Of a stretch of DNA of 64,000 nucleotides, positions 27,290 through 37,506 are shown in pieces (position 1 is the stretch's first letter; every line of letters begins with the position of its first letter). The notes beneath the pieces are model-generated. The model was not told the origin of the DNA. It saw nothing but the letters and a program-made list of their open reading frames with translations, and did no database searches. The stretch covers positions 1 to 64,000 of IMG/VR virus record IMGVR_UViG_3300044212_000014. One strand, given 5' to 3'. Origin of the DNA: a virus. Lineage: Duplodnaviria > Caudoviricetes. A program made the translations under genes and the position numbers.

Positions 27290-27647
27290 ATGAAAGTACC
27301 AGAACATTACGTAGAATATTTCGAAAACAGAAGAAAAAGGTGTCGTTGTTTGCAAGTTAAAAAACTGCTTTACCGTTAGGAAGTGCGCTATTGACCATCT
27401 GAGCAAAATGGGTGACTGGGCGATTAGAGATGCTTTCTCGGCATACTCCGCTAGCGTAGACGAAAATAAACAGCAAAGAATCGGTATTGCTCATTTAGCC
27501 GACGGTGATATCTGGGACTCTCGCACTGGTCGTAAAGTGGCAAAGACGAAACTTGAAACGCACGTAAGTAACTATTTCTTGAAAGTATTAGATAGCATTA
27601 CCAATGATGCGTTACAGGTCGTAACTTGCTTTTTAACGGAGGTGTAG
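27290..27647 (+). pseudogene. Hypothetical protein, frameshifted relative to copy 2 (35058-35414)
   Basis: GAAAACAGAAG vs GAAAATGAAG: a 1-bp insertion near 27329 leads to an early TAG. Confidence 0.7.
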
Positions 27648-27651
27648 TCCA

Positions 27652-27945
27652 TTGAATGTTATTGGATATGACAACTCAGGTAAGAAGAAAAAAGCGACGA
27701 AAGAAACGAACGAATGGTTTGACGAACATTACGGTGGAACAAGTGATGAAATTCAACCAATAGAATTTATGCAATCTCAATTTTCAGAAGAAGCGTTTGT
27801 TGGCGCTATCTTGTTTAATATAGTTAAGTACTCTTCACGGCTCGGGAAAAAGGATTCCCCTTTAGAGGAAGCGCGGAAGATACTACGATATTCCCAATGG
27901 TTAGTTAAGGTACTAGAGGGAGAAACAATAGACCCAAGGGTTTAA
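27652..27945 (+). CDS. DUF3310/SaV-like protein
   Basis: HY....IQPIEF...F....NIVKY..RLGKK....E.RK...Y..WL. Confidence 0.8.
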   Translation: MNVIGYDNSGKKKKATKETNEWFDEHYGGTSDEIQPIEFMQSQFSEEAFVGAILFNIVKYSSRLGKKDSPLEEARKILRYSQWLVKVLEGETIDPRV

Positions 27946-27976
27946 ATATAAAATTATGTTTTATTGAAGGGGGTTT

Positions 27977-28291
27977 TTGATGCCGAAGTTATTGGCAATC
28001 CTCTCACTATTATTCGTTTTCGCAATGCCCGTTTATGGGATGCAGGTTAGATGTACTGCATATACAACTACTGAGAACACGGGCATTATGGCTAACGGTA
28101 TGGAAGCGCAGGTCGGATATGTGGCTTGTGACTTCCTTCCCTTAGGTACTGTCATATACATAGACGGTGCTAGGTACATAGTAGGAGATAGGATAGGAGA
28201 CGGAACAAACAACCATATTGATATTGTTTTTAACAGTTACGACGAAGCAATAAACTTTGGTGTGCAGTATTTAGATATGGAGGTAGCATAA
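27977..28291 (+). CDS. Secreted 3D-domain (MltA-like) protein
   Basis: Signal peptide, then TAY...MANG...VACD.LPLGT.IYI.G..Y.V.DR...HIDI. Confidence 0.85.
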   Translation: MMPKLLAILSLLFVFAMPVYGMQVRCTAYTTTENTGIMANGMEAQVGYVACDFLPLGTVIYIDGARYIVGDRIGDGTNNHIDIVFNSYDEAINFGVQYLDMEVA

Positions 28292-29092
28292 TTGAATGAG
28301 ACGGACATGATAAGTAAAGCGTACCTACCTCACGTAATGAGGACTAGGGTTATTGGAGATAAAGGTGCGCTGGCTGTCTTATCTGATATACATGAGGGTG
28401 CAAACAACAGGAAATATTTACAAGATGCCGTGTCGTTCTTGTTATCGCTAGGGCCTCGATGTAAAGTTGTTATCGGTGGAGATAGTACCAATACCATAAC
28501 ACGGAATAGCAAGGGAATACCTATCGAAGAATGGGCTAGCGGGGATAAACAAATATTTTCCCTCGTTGATGATATAAAGCCATTGTATGACTCAGGACAG
28601 ATCATAGGGATTACATCTGGTAATCACACGAGGAGAGCATATGACAGCACATTTATAACGATAGAAGCCATGATCGCAAGCATACTGGGCGATAGGTCAT
28701 TATATAAGGGTTCTATGGGTATTGTATATTTCAACGTAAATAAAAATTGTTACGTCCACCATATTTTACATAAACATAGGGCTACGGAAGGTGCATATGA
28801 TTTCTTCTCGGCAGACGCTAACTGGTTCGAGCATAAGCATAAGCCAATGGTTCGCCCTAAGATAATGATTGACCATAACAAATATGAAAAGGTTCCCGTG
28901 GCTAAGAGATGTTGGGATATATACCAGTCTTCATTTCAGGATTATCCTGATTATGCCAAGGTCGCTGGATATAGACCTAGTGTCCCCGGATTTTATATTT
29001 GCGAAATGAGCGGAGATATTCATAATAGATCGCTTACCCCATATATGGATGGAACGTACCACGCACTTATTAATGGCGGTTATGTGTTTTAA
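28292..29092 (+). CDS. Calcineurin-like metallophosphoesterase
   Basis: SDIH.G, GGD, SGNH, H.H and HKH motifs. Confidence 0.8.
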   Translation: MNETDMISKAYLPHVMRTRVIGDKGALAVLSDIHEGANNRKYLQDAVSFLLSLGPRCKVVIGGDSTNTITRNSKGIPIEEWASGDKQIFSLVDDIKPLYDSGQIIGITSGNHTRRAYDSTFITIEAMIASILGDRSLYKGSMGIVYFNVNKNCYVHHILHKHRATEGAYDFFSADANWFEHKHKPMVRPKIMIDHNKYEKVPVAKRCWDIYQSSFQDYPDYAKVAGYRPSVPGFYICEMSGDIHNRSLTPYMDGTYHALINGGYVF

Positions 29093-29104
29093 GGAGAGAG
29101 TAAA

Positions 29105-29617
29105 ATGCCGAATTATCTTGATAGCCTAATAGATTCTTATGTTGATGATACGGAGCAAGATACGTACCAGTTACAAAAATATATCGTGGGCCTAATCGAC
29201 AAATATTCTTCCGAACAGATAGATGGTAAAGAGGCGTGTCGTAGCATATCAAATATTACACGTCGAGACGAGTGGATACAGGACGTAAATAGTAATAGAT
29301 TGAAAGAGAAAATAAAACAGAAATACTCGTTTGTCCGGTATGCAAAATCGCCTGAGGATATAATTATAGAGTGGGAAACCGCGGAAAAGATACTACATTT
29401 CCTTACGTGGTTACATTCTATAATTAATCACACTGATTGGTATATACTTACTCAGATGTCATTTAGGAAGATACCAGCTACTATGTTAGCAAGAGAAATG
29501 AACATACCAAGGGACACGATATATAAAAGACTTTCCGTTGTTAGGAATGTGGCTAAAGAGTTTATGCCATATTATGCGGAACAGTTCGGAGATATTAAAG
29601 AATATTTGGAGGACTAG
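29105..29617 (+). CDS. Putative transcription regulator with a C-terminal sigma-region-4-like HTH
   Basis: IPATMLAREMNIPRDTIYKRL HTH pattern. Confidence 0.6.
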   Translation: MPNYLDSLIDSYVDDTEQDTYQLQKYIVGLIDKYSSEQIDGKEACRSISNITRRDEWIQDVNSNRLKEKIKQKYSFVRYAKSPEDIIIEWETAEKILHFLTWLHSIINHTDWYILTQMSFRKIPATMLAREMNIPRDTIYKRLSVVRNVAKEFMPYYAEQFGDIKEYLED

Positions 29618-29739
29618 ACATGGACACGGTTAAAGCAGAAAAAGATTCTATAAAAGTATATGTATCAATACCACCGTTAAGTTCTGTATAATAATATAAC
29701 TAAAATAAAGGCAACAGTTCGTTAAAATGGAGGGAAAAT

Positions 29740-31092
29740 TTGAAAATATATAACGGCGATTGTATGGAATGCTTACTAATGATACCAGATAATAGCGTAG
29801 ATGCTGTAGTTACTGATCCCCCTTATGAATTAGGATTCATGGGCAAAAAGTGGGACAAGACAGGGATAGCTAATAATGTAGACATGTGGCACGAAGTATT
29901 ACGTGTTTTAAAACCGGGCGGTCACTTGCTGGCATTTGGGGGTACTCGACAGGTAAGAGTTATCTGTGTACCCGACGGAATAAAGGACATGAACGACATG
30001 CTGGTAGCTGGCATAAATCCGGCAGATTTACCGTCAGAAGACATTAGTAAGTTTGTTTTGAGGCGCATCCTTAATAAATGTAAAACGATAGAGCAAGAGT
30101 ACTCAAAAGCGGAAGAGTTTTTTAGGACAGTATCTAGTCAGCTTATAAAACTGGATATAATCCATATGTTATCAGAACGCTGGGGGAAAGAGTTTGATGA
30201 CCTAAAAAAGACATTCTCAGCAGTAGGTGAGGACACAGAATCCATATTACAAGAAGCGTCAAACGTAGATGATTGTATCGCAGACCTACGACAGATATAT
30301 GAGTCTGGGGGATACCCAACACACTTCCAACAAATTGATAACTGTATTCATAAGGTAGAAAAGAAACAAGTAGTTATCGTAGGGGCTTGTGCTGGTTGTG
30401 GTAAGTCTAACTTTGCTATAGAGTATATGTTAAGAGCTATATGCCACAATAAACAACGTGTTATATTCTTCTCTCTCGAAATGCCAAAGGGCAAACTCAT
30501 GGAGAGAATAATTGCCCAGTTGTTAAAAGTGCCAGTTCCAGATGTAGAAAACTTAATATTACAGGGAAACCCGTTAGTATTAAAAATACTAGACCTGTTA
30601 CGCAAGAAATTAATTGTGTTTGATGGTAACTCTATGGACATGGAAGGTATTGCGAGGAGAATAGATATCGTCAATGCCAAAGAACTTCTTGGTGGCCCAG
30701 TTGATATGGTGTTTGTTGATTACTTCGGCTATGTAAAGGGTACGTCTGATTTCGAGGGTGCGTCTAATGCCGCTAGGGAAATGAAGGGTATCGCGAAAAG
30801 TAGAAACATTATATTCGTTATGTTAAGCCAGTTAAACCGTAGTGGTAATGAATACAGCGAACCAACGATGCAACAGTTAAAACTTACGGGAGACTTAGAA
30901 GCGTCTGGAGATATCGTAATGTTATTGTGGCGACCAGAGAAAGACCCTAACTTAGCACTTGCTGATAGACAGGAGCTAGAGAATGTGACTAGGTTAAAGA
31001 TATGCAAAGCCAGAGATGGTATGTATGGCTCCAATATGATACAGTTTAAGTATAACAAACAGGAATCACGACTAGAAGAATGTTACATGTAG
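29740..31092 (+). CDS. Chimeric ORF: DNA methyltransferase N-terminus fused in frame to the primase-helicase C-terminus (duplication junction)
   Basis: The first ~70 aa match 37507-38538 (TDPPY...FGGTR); the rest (QVRVICV...EECYM) matches 21341-23323. Confidence 0.9.
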   Translation: MKIYNGDCMECLLMIPDNSVDAVVTDPPYELGFMGKKWDKTGIANNVDMWHEVLRVLKPGGHLLAFGGTRQVRVICVPDGIKDMNDMLVAGINPADLPSEDISKFVLRRILNKCKTIEQEYSKAEEFFRTVSSQLIKLDIIHMLSERWGKEFDDLKKTFSAVGEDTESILQEASNVDDCIADLRQIYESGGYPTHFQQIDNCIHKVEKKQVVIVGACAGCGKSNFAIEYMLRAICHNKQRVIFFSLEMPKGKLMERIIAQLLKVPVPDVENLILQGNPLVLKILDLLRKKLIVFDGNSMDMEGIARRIDIVNAKELLGGPVDMVFVDYFGYVKGTSDFEGASNAAREMKGIAKSRNIIFVMLSQLNRSGNEYSEPTMQQLKLTGDLEASGDIVMLLWRPEKDPNLALADRQELENVTRLKICKARDGMYGSNMIQFKYNKQESRLEECYM

Positions 31093-31148
31093 AAAAGACT
31101 TGACAAAACGTTAAAAATGTGGTATAATGTATTCATGGAGGTAAGGAA

Positions 31149-31811
31149 ATGCCATATACAATACCTGAGTTCGAAAATTACATATTATATGATAACCTAG
31201 ATGTTTTTAGCAAGACGTCTGGTAGGTTTTTAAGCGCAGAGGTGGTAACACTGTGCAACGGCAAAACTAGAAAGCATTTTACTAGGAACTCTCTTAAGAA
31301 ATATATCCCCATAGATGATAAGTATATTAAAATCCCTGGTTTTAACGGGGAATATGGGATATCAAAAGATGGTGAGGTTTATAGCTTTAAAACATTTAGG
31401 GTATTAAAATCATACCCCAACAAATATCGTCGCGGATATGTATATATCATACTGAGCCTCAATGGGAAACCAAAAACTTGCAAGGTACATAGGTTAGTAG
31501 CATTAACATACATACCAAATCCAAGTGGTAAGGAGTGCGTTAACCATATTAATGGAAATGTACAGGATAACAGTGTCGATAATTTGGAATGGTGTACAGT
31601 TAAAGAAAACAACCTTTGGAATGTTAGTAGAGGCGTTGCTAATGGTGGTAACCATAAAAAATGTTATCTATACACCAAGTCCGGAGAGTTTGTTGGTTCG
31701 TTTCGCTCTATTAGAAAGGCTAGCGAATACGTCAAGTCTATTGGGTGTAGCGGATATGATGATATTAGGAAATTAAAATATAATAAATATTACACGTTGG
31801 AGGTGCGTTAA
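31149..31811 (+). CDS. HNH endonuclease (copy 2)
   Basis: Identical protein to 23380-24042. Confidence 0.9.
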   Translation: MPYTIPEFENYILYDNLDVFSKTSGRFLSAEVVTLCNGKTRKHFTRNSLKKYIPIDDKYIKIPGFNGEYGISKDGEVYSFKTFRVLKSYPNKYRRGYVYIILSLNGKPKTCKVHRLVALTYIPNPSGKECVNHINGNVQDNSVDNLEWCTVKENNLWNVSRGVANGGNHKKCYLYTKSGEFVGSFRSIRKASEYVKSIGCSGYDDIRKLKYNKYYTLEVR

Positions 31812-32696
31812 TTGCCACTAAGTAGCTATTTTTGTCCCGACGGCGGGAGAATCAAAATTGAAGATTGTTTAAAAGAATGTAGATTAAAAGGTAAGATGAA
31901 CCCAATAACCGGAATGGACTATGTTACTTGCGGGAGGTGTTTATCTATACCGACATTAAGAGCCGTTTCCGAACAGAGAAGTTGGACTGGCAAACCATCC
32001 ACTACTCAGTTGTTACGAGGAACGAGAGAGGCATATTTAACTCTTACGAGAGAATATGCAATCGACCCCAAAAGTATGATGTTTGCTCTTCACGGCACAA
32101 ACACTCATGCGAGACTCGAAGACGGCATGTCAGAAGAGGACTTGGGGGAACAGCGGCTGGATGACGGAGTGTCCACTGGAGCATTTGACTACTACTCAGA
32201 TGAAGACGGGGGAACGCTATTCGACTATAAGACGTACTCTTCATATGTTTGTGGAAAGTATATGGGAATAGGGAGCAGGAAGGAACTAATAGGCCATTAC
32301 AAGAATGGTAAACCTAGATTTCAGTCAGTAAGAACTTATGGTAATGCAAAGCACGACCTAGACCTAGCCATACAGTTAAACGATTACCGGATGAAAATAC
32401 AAAAGGTTCTTAAAAAGCCAGTAGCAAACATGGTTTGTGAGATGATTGTAAGAGACGGTGGCACGTATATGGCTAAGAATAGAGGGGTAGATGATACTGC
32501 ATACCTCATTAAGGTTGGTAAAATAAGTGATATTTGGGTTGAGAGGTATATGAAACGAAAAGCAAACGATTTAATTTCTGCGCTAGAAACTGGGAGAATG
32601 CCGCCACCATGCAGACCACATGAATGCTGGCACGGTAGAAAATGCAGAGACTTCTGCCCAGTTAATATGTATTGTGACGCATACAAAGGAGAATAA
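31812..32696 (+). CDS. Cas4/RecB-like exonuclease (copy 2)
   Basis: Identical protein to 24043-24927. Confidence 0.75.
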   Translation: MPLSSYFCPDGGRIKIEDCLKECRLKGKMNPITGMDYVTCGRCLSIPTLRAVSEQRSWTGKPSTTQLLRGTREAYLTLTREYAIDPKSMMFALHGTNTHARLEDGMSEEDLGEQRLDDGVSTGAFDYYSDEDGGTLFDYKTYSSYVCGKYMGIGSRKELIGHYKNGKPRFQSVRTYGNAKHDLDLAIQLNDYRMKIQKVLKKPVANMVCEMIVRDGGTYMAKNRGVDDTAYLIKVGKISDIWVERYMKRKANDLISALETGRMPPPCRPHECWHGRKCRDFCPVNMYCDAYKGE

Positions 32697-32697
32697 C

Positions 32698-32964
32698 ATG
32701 GATAAAGACATCTTAGCAGAATTTGAGAAAGAATTAAAGTCTGGTATTAAAATTGGGATTAACATGAAAGAGAATAACGACAAGGTTGAGTGTGGCATTA
32801 TCGGTGATAAAGAGTATTCTCCTCAGCTTGTACTAACCTTGTTGATCATCTCCATTGCTAATCTTATGCAGATAGACCCAAGCGATCTGTTAGACGCGTG
32901 TGTTTCTGCTCGCAAGAAAGATGGTATTGACTTGTCAGACCAGTTCGAACATCTTATTAACTAA
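32698..32964 (+). CDS. Hypothetical protein (copy 2)
   Basis: Identical to 24929-25195. Confidence 0.55.
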   Translation: MDKDILAEFEKELKSGIKIGINMKENNDKVECGIIGDKEYSPQLVLTLLIISIANLMQIDPSDLLDACVSARKKDGIDLSDQFEHLIN

Positions 32965-33626
32965 TGGATGAGTGCGAAGTAAGAAGTAATTGTAGGAAGA
33001 GTTATGATTGCGATTGGTGCGATTACTATAGCGAATATTCCCCAATAAACATTAATATTAAATGCAAAAGACAGATAGAAAATACAAAAATTCGTAGAGA
33101 GCAGAGGAAAGTGAAAAGAATTTCCGATGCCTCTAAGAGGGGAAGGTCAAACAGAAGGAACGGACGTAAGGCAGAACGAGACGTTGAAAATCTATTAAAC
33201 GAACTGGGGTTAGATGCCTCAAGAACTCCTATGTCCGGCGCACTTAAAACAGCAAACCTCATACCTCAATTAAAAGACCATGTGTCCGGTGATATAAGAA
33301 TAAAGTATTTAGACAAAGAGCTTATAGTTGAATGCAAAAGGAATATTCATTCGGATAGTTGGTATAAACTTACAGAAAAAGGTTTAATACATATAGATGG
33401 GTTTTGCTATGGTCTTACAAAAGAGTTATTCGAATATTTGGTAAACGGACTACTAAGTGGGGAATGTATTGATATCCCAGACAACAAATTTAAGATGTTG
33501 CATAAATATTTCGACCAAGATAACTCAGATATCGTCGTTGTTACTAGGCCATGGCACGACCCCCTGTTCTTCTTAAAAGAAAAAACATTTGAATTATTCG
33601 GAGGTAATATAAATCATGATAAGTAG
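32964..33626 (+). CDS. Holliday junction resolvase-like nuclease (copy 2)
   Basis: Identical to 25195-25857. Confidence 0.7.
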   Translation: MDECEVRSNCRKSYDCDWCDYYSEYSPININIKCKRQIENTKIRREQRKVKRISDASKRGRSNRRNGRKAERDVENLLNELGLDASRTPMSGALKTANLIPQLKDHVSGDIRIKYLDKELIVECKRNIHSDSWYKLTEKGLIHIDGFCYGLTKELFEYLVNGLLSGECIDIPDNKFKMLHKYFDQDNSDIVVVTRPWHDPLFFLKEKTFELFGGNINHDK

Positions 33627-33864
33627 CGAAAATAGAATGTCGAGAATTGAACCTACGTCGCTTTATATCTCTAGCGTTAGCGAGAAAGACCAGCATGGAA
33701 TTGACCGTTTAGTCGCAACTCGCATTATGGCTTTAAATGCAACGACTCCTAAGCCTATCGTGGTAAAGACGTTCGCTATCGGAGACTTTGACAACGGGGT
33801 AAAAATAGAAACTTCCGAACGTCTTTTGGAAGTAACTAAAGATGCCATGGAGGATATAGGATAA
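33616..33864 (+). CDS. Hypothetical protein (copy 2)
   Basis: Identical to 25847-26095. Confidence 0.5.
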   Translation: MISSENRMSRIEPTSLYISSVSEKDQHGIDRLVATRIMALNATTPKPIVVKTFAIGDFDNGVKIETSERLLEVTKDAMEDIG

Positions 33865-34301
33865 TGCCTCCGGCATATGAAGAGTTGGTAAGCCAATTCG
33901 AAGAAATAAAGTATAGATACGAACAACTCACGGATACAGATGTGTTAGAGGCATTCTCTCTCATGAGAGATTCCTCTTCACTACTGGCAAGTTACGACAC
34001 GATGGTAGCGGAGTCATACAAACTAACGGCACTTACCGAAAGACAAGCTAGGGCGGTAGAGGCCAGAAAAAGTATAGAACTTTCTGTTAAACCGACGGAA
34101 GGCGCGAGAAGAGCAACCGCTGATGAAGAAGTCGTATCGGCGTGGAATAAATATATATCGGTAGCTACAAGTCAGAAATATATAGAAGCCAACGCAAAGT
34201 TCCTTAGTAGAGTATATTTCGATGCCAAGATGATAACTGAGAATTGTTATCGAAAGGAAAGGCCGGCAGTAGGAACAGACCGTATTGTTGGTAGAACGTA
34301 A
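33864..34301 (+). CDS. Hypothetical protein (copy 2)
   Basis: Identical to 26095-26532. Confidence 0.55.
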   Translation: MPPAYEELVSQFEEIKYRYEQLTDTDVLEAFSLMRDSSSLLASYDTMVAESYKLTALTERQARAVEARKSIELSVKPTEGARRATADEEVVSAWNKYISVATSQKYIEANAKFLSRVYFDAKMITENCYRKERPAVGTDRIVGRT

Positions 34302-34318
34302 TCAGCCTAGGAGGTTTT

Positions 34319-34840
34319 ATGCCAAGAACAAGAAAAAATGAAACTTATTCTGTAGATGATTTAAAAGTAACTAAATATGAACCATATACGCCAGAGGCCC
34401 CGAAGGTGAAGGTAAAGTTTATAAAAGAAAGACCCGACTCTAAGGCTCCTGAATATAAGACGGATGGCTCGTTTGCTTTTGACCTGTACTCCGATAGGGA
34501 CTGTACTGTTGTTGGTAATAAACCTACACTAATTTCTTTGGGGGTAAAAGTTGAAATTCCATCTGGATATGGTATGTTAATTATTCCTAGGTCATCCATT
34601 GGGAGCAAAACTCCCCTTCGTCAGTCAAATTCAGTTGGCCTAATTGATAGTGATTACCGTGGTGTTGTTATGGTAATGTATGAATCAAACAGAGATATTG
34701 CTGGTTCGACTATAGTTCGTAGAGGGGATAGAATAGCGCAGGGATTTCTAATCCCATATGTAAATGTTGACTTTGTAGAAGCAGACGAATTAAGCGAGAC
34801 AGAAAGGGGTACTGGTGGATTTGGTTCCACTGGTAGATAG
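34319..34840 (+). CDS. dut: dUTPase (copy 2)
   Basis: Identical protein to 26550-27071. Confidence 0.95.
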   Translation: MPRTRKNETYSVDDLKVTKYEPYTPEAPKVKVKFIKERPDSKAPEYKTDGSFAFDLYSDRDCTVVGNKPTLISLGVKVEIPSGYGMLIIPRSSIGSKTPLRQSNSVGLIDSDYRGVVMVMYESNRDIAGSTIVRRGDRIAQGFLIPYVNVDFVEADELSETERGTGGFGSTGR

Positions 34841-34849
34841 GAGAACGAT

Positions 34850-35056
34850 ATGTGTGTAACTAGGATGCAACTATTTTTTATGGTAGCAGGATTCATTGCT
34901 GGTCTTGTGTCCCTATCTGGTGTTATATACCACCTTATTATGACTTTCGAATGGAATGATATTGTTGCATGGGGCGGTATGTTATCGTTTATATTGTTTG
35001 AGGTATCAGACCTATTTAAACCAGAATTTGAAGATAATGACATGGAGGATAAATAA
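34850..35056 (+). CDS. Small two-TM membrane protein (intact copy)
   Basis: AGGAGA RBS, two hydrophobic helices. Confidence 0.65.
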   Translation: MCVTRMQLFFMVAGFIAGLVSLSGVIYHLIMTFEWNDIVAWGGMLSFILFEVSDLFKPEFEDNDMEDK

Positions 35057-35057
35057 T

Positions 35058-35414
35058 ATGAAAGTACCAGAACATTACGTAGAATATTTCGAAAATGAAG
35101 AAAAAGGTGTCGTTGTTTGTAAATTAAAAAACTGCTTTACCGTTAGGAAGTGCGCTATTGACTATCTCAACAAAATGGGTGATTGGGCAATTAAAGACGC
35201 TTTCGCGGCATACTCCGCTAGCGTAGATGAAAATAAACAGCAGAAAATCGGTATTGCTCATTTAGCCGACGGTGATATCTGGGACTCTCGCACTGGTCGT
35301 AAAGTGGCAAAGACGAAACTTGAAACGCACGTAAGTAATTATTTCTTGAAAGTATTAGATAGTATTACCAACGATGCTTTACAGGTGGTTACTTACTTTT
35401 TAACGGAGGTGTAA
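35058..35414 (+). CDS. Hypothetical protein (intact copy)
   Basis: Start MKVPEHY after GGAGG; ends with GGAGGTG overlapping the next RBS. Confidence 0.6.
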   Translation: MKVPEHYVEYFENEEKGVVVCKLKNCFTVRKCAIDYLNKMGDWAIKDAFAAYSASVDENKQQKIGIAHLADGDIWDSRTGRKVAKTKLETHVSNYFLKVLDSITNDALQVVTYFLTEV

Positions 35415-35418
35415 TCCA

Positions 35419-35712
35419 TTGAACGTTATCGAATATGACAACTCAGGTAAGAAGAAAAAAGCGACGAAAGAAACGAACGAATGGTTTGACGAACATTACG
35501 GTGGAACAAGTGATGAAATTCAACCGATAGAATTTATGCAATCTCAATTTTCAGAAGAAGCGTTTGTTGGCGCTATCTTGTTTAATATAGTTAAGTACTC
35601 TTCACGGCTCGGGAAAAAGGATTCCCCTTTAGAGGAAGCGCGGAAGATACTACGATATTCCCAATGGTTAGTTAAGGTACTAGAGGGAGAAACAATAGAC
35701 CCAAGGGTTTAA
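35419..35712 (+). CDS. DUF3310/SaV-like protein (copy 2)
   Basis: One substitution relative to copy 1. Confidence 0.8.
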   Translation: MNVIEYDNSGKKKKATKETNEWFDEHYGGTSDEIQPIEFMQSQFSEEAFVGAILFNIVKYSSRLGKKDSPLEEARKILRYSQWLVKVLEGETIDPRV

Positions 35713-35743
35713 ATATAAAACTATGTTTTATTGAAGGGGGTTT

Positions 35744-36058
35744 TTGATGCCGAAGTTATTGGCAATCCTCTCACTATTATTCGTTTTCGCAATGCCCGTT
35801 TATGGGATGCAGGTTAGATGTACTGCATATACAACTACTGAGAACACGGGCATTATGGCTAACGGTATGGAAGCGCAGGTCGGATATGTGGCTTGTGACT
35901 TCCTTCCCTTAGGCACTGTCATATACATAGACGGTGCTAGGTACATAGTAGGAGATAGGATAGGAGACGGAACAAACAACCATATTGACATTGTTTTTAA
36001 CAGTTACGACGAAGCAATAAACTTTGGTGTGCAGTATTTAGATATGGAGGTAGCATAA
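35744..36058 (+). CDS. 3D-domain protein (copy 2)
   Basis: Identical protein to 27977-28291. Confidence 0.85.
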   Translation: MMPKLLAILSLLFVFAMPVYGMQVRCTAYTTTENTGIMANGMEAQVGYVACDFLPLGTVIYIDGARYIVGDRIGDGTNNHIDIVFNSYDEAINFGVQYLDMEVA

Positions 36059-36859
36059 TTGAATGAGACGGACATGATAAGTAAAGCGTACCTACCTCAC
36101 GTAATGAGGACTAGGGTTATTGGAGATAAAGGTGCGCTGGCTGTCTTATCTGATATACATGAGGGTGCAAACAACAGGAAATATTTACAAGATGCCGTGT
36201 CGTTCTTGTTATCGCTAGGGCCTCGATGTAAAGTTGTTATCGGTGGAGATAGTACCAATACCATAACACGGAATAGCAAGGGAATACCTATCGAAGAATG
36301 GGCTAGCGGGGATAAACAAATATTTTCCCTCGTTGATGATATAAAACCACTATATGATTCAGGACAGATTATAGGGATTACATCTGGTAATCACACGAGG
36401 AGAGCATATGACAGCACGTTTATAACGATAGAAGCCATGATCGCAAGCATACTGGGCGATAGGTCATTATATAAGGGTTCTATGGGTATTGTATATTTCA
36501 ACGTAAATAAAAATTGTTACGTCCACCATATTTTACATAAACATAGGGCTACGGAAGGTGCATATGATTTCTTCTCGGCAGACGCTAACTGGTTCGAGCA
36601 TAAGCATAAGCCAATGGTTCGCCCTAAGATAATGATTGACCATAACAAATATGAAAAGGTTCCCGTGGCTAAGAGATGTTGGGATATCTACCAGTCTTCA
36701 TTTCAGGATTATCCTGATTATGCTAAGGTAGCAGGGTATAGGCCCAGTGTTCCGGGATTTTATATTTGCGAAATGAGCGGAGATATTCATAATAGATCGC
36801 TTACCCCATATATGGATGGAACGTACCACGCACTTATTAATGGCGGTTATGTGTTTTAA
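36059..36859 (+). CDS. Metallophosphoesterase (copy 2)
   Basis: Identical protein; synonymous SNPs. Confidence 0.8.
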   Translation: MNETDMISKAYLPHVMRTRVIGDKGALAVLSDIHEGANNRKYLQDAVSFLLSLGPRCKVVIGGDSTNTITRNSKGIPIEEWASGDKQIFSLVDDIKPLYDSGQIIGITSGNHTRRAYDSTFITIEAMIASILGDRSLYKGSMGIVYFNVNKNCYVHHILHKHRATEGAYDFFSADANWFEHKHKPMVRPKIMIDHNKYEKVPVAKRCWDIYQSSFQDYPDYAKVAGYRPSVPGFYICEMSGDIHNRSLTPYMDGTYHALINGGYVF

Positions 36860-36871
36860 GGAGAGAGTAAA

Positions 36872-37384
36872 ATGCCGAATTATCTTGATAGCCTAATAGA
36901 TTCTTACGTAGATGACACGGAGCAAGACACGTATCAATTACAAAAATATATCGTGGGCCTAATCGACAAATATTCTTCCGATAAGATAGATGGTAAAGAG
37001 GCGTGTCGTAGTATATCAAATATTACACGTCGAGACGAGTGGATACAGGACGTAAATAGTAATAGATTGAAAGAGAAAATAAAACAGAAATACTCGTTTG
37101 TCCGGTATGCAAAATCGCCTGAGGATATAATTATAGAGTGGGAAACCGCGGAAAAGATATTACATTTTCTTACATGGTTACATTCTATAATTAATCACAC
37201 TGATTGGTATATACTTACTCAGATGTCATTTAGGAAGATACCAGCTACTATGTTAGCAAGAGAAATGAACATACCAAGGGACACGATATATAAAAGACTT
37301 TCCGTTGTTAGGAATGTGGCTAAAGAGTTTATGCCATATTATGCGGAACAGTTCGGAGATATTAAAGAATATTTGGAGGACTAG
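36872..37384 (+). CDS. HTH transcription regulator (copy 2)
   Basis: EQ>DK difference from copy 1. Confidence 0.6.
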   Translation: MPNYLDSLIDSYVDDTEQDTYQLQKYIVGLIDKYSSDKIDGKEACRSISNITRRDEWIQDVNSNRLKEKIKQKYSFVRYAKSPEDIIIEWETAEKILHFLTWLHSIINHTDWYILTQMSFRKIPATMLAREMNIPRDTIYKRLSVVRNVAKEFMPYYAEQFGDIKEYLED

Positions 37385-37506
37385 ACATGGACACGGTTAA
37401 AGCAGAAAAAGATTCTATAAAAGTATATGTATCAATACCACCGTTAAGTTATGTATAATAATATAACTAAAATAAAGGCAACAGTTCGTTAAAATGGAGG
37501 GAAAAT

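Larger units (their letters stand above)
22179..29947. repeat. Copy 1 (7769 bp) of a tandem duplication
   Basis: The ORF set from 23380-29617 recurs at +7769 or +7767. The junction at 29948 joins the methyltransferase 5' end to primase codons. Confidence 0.95.
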
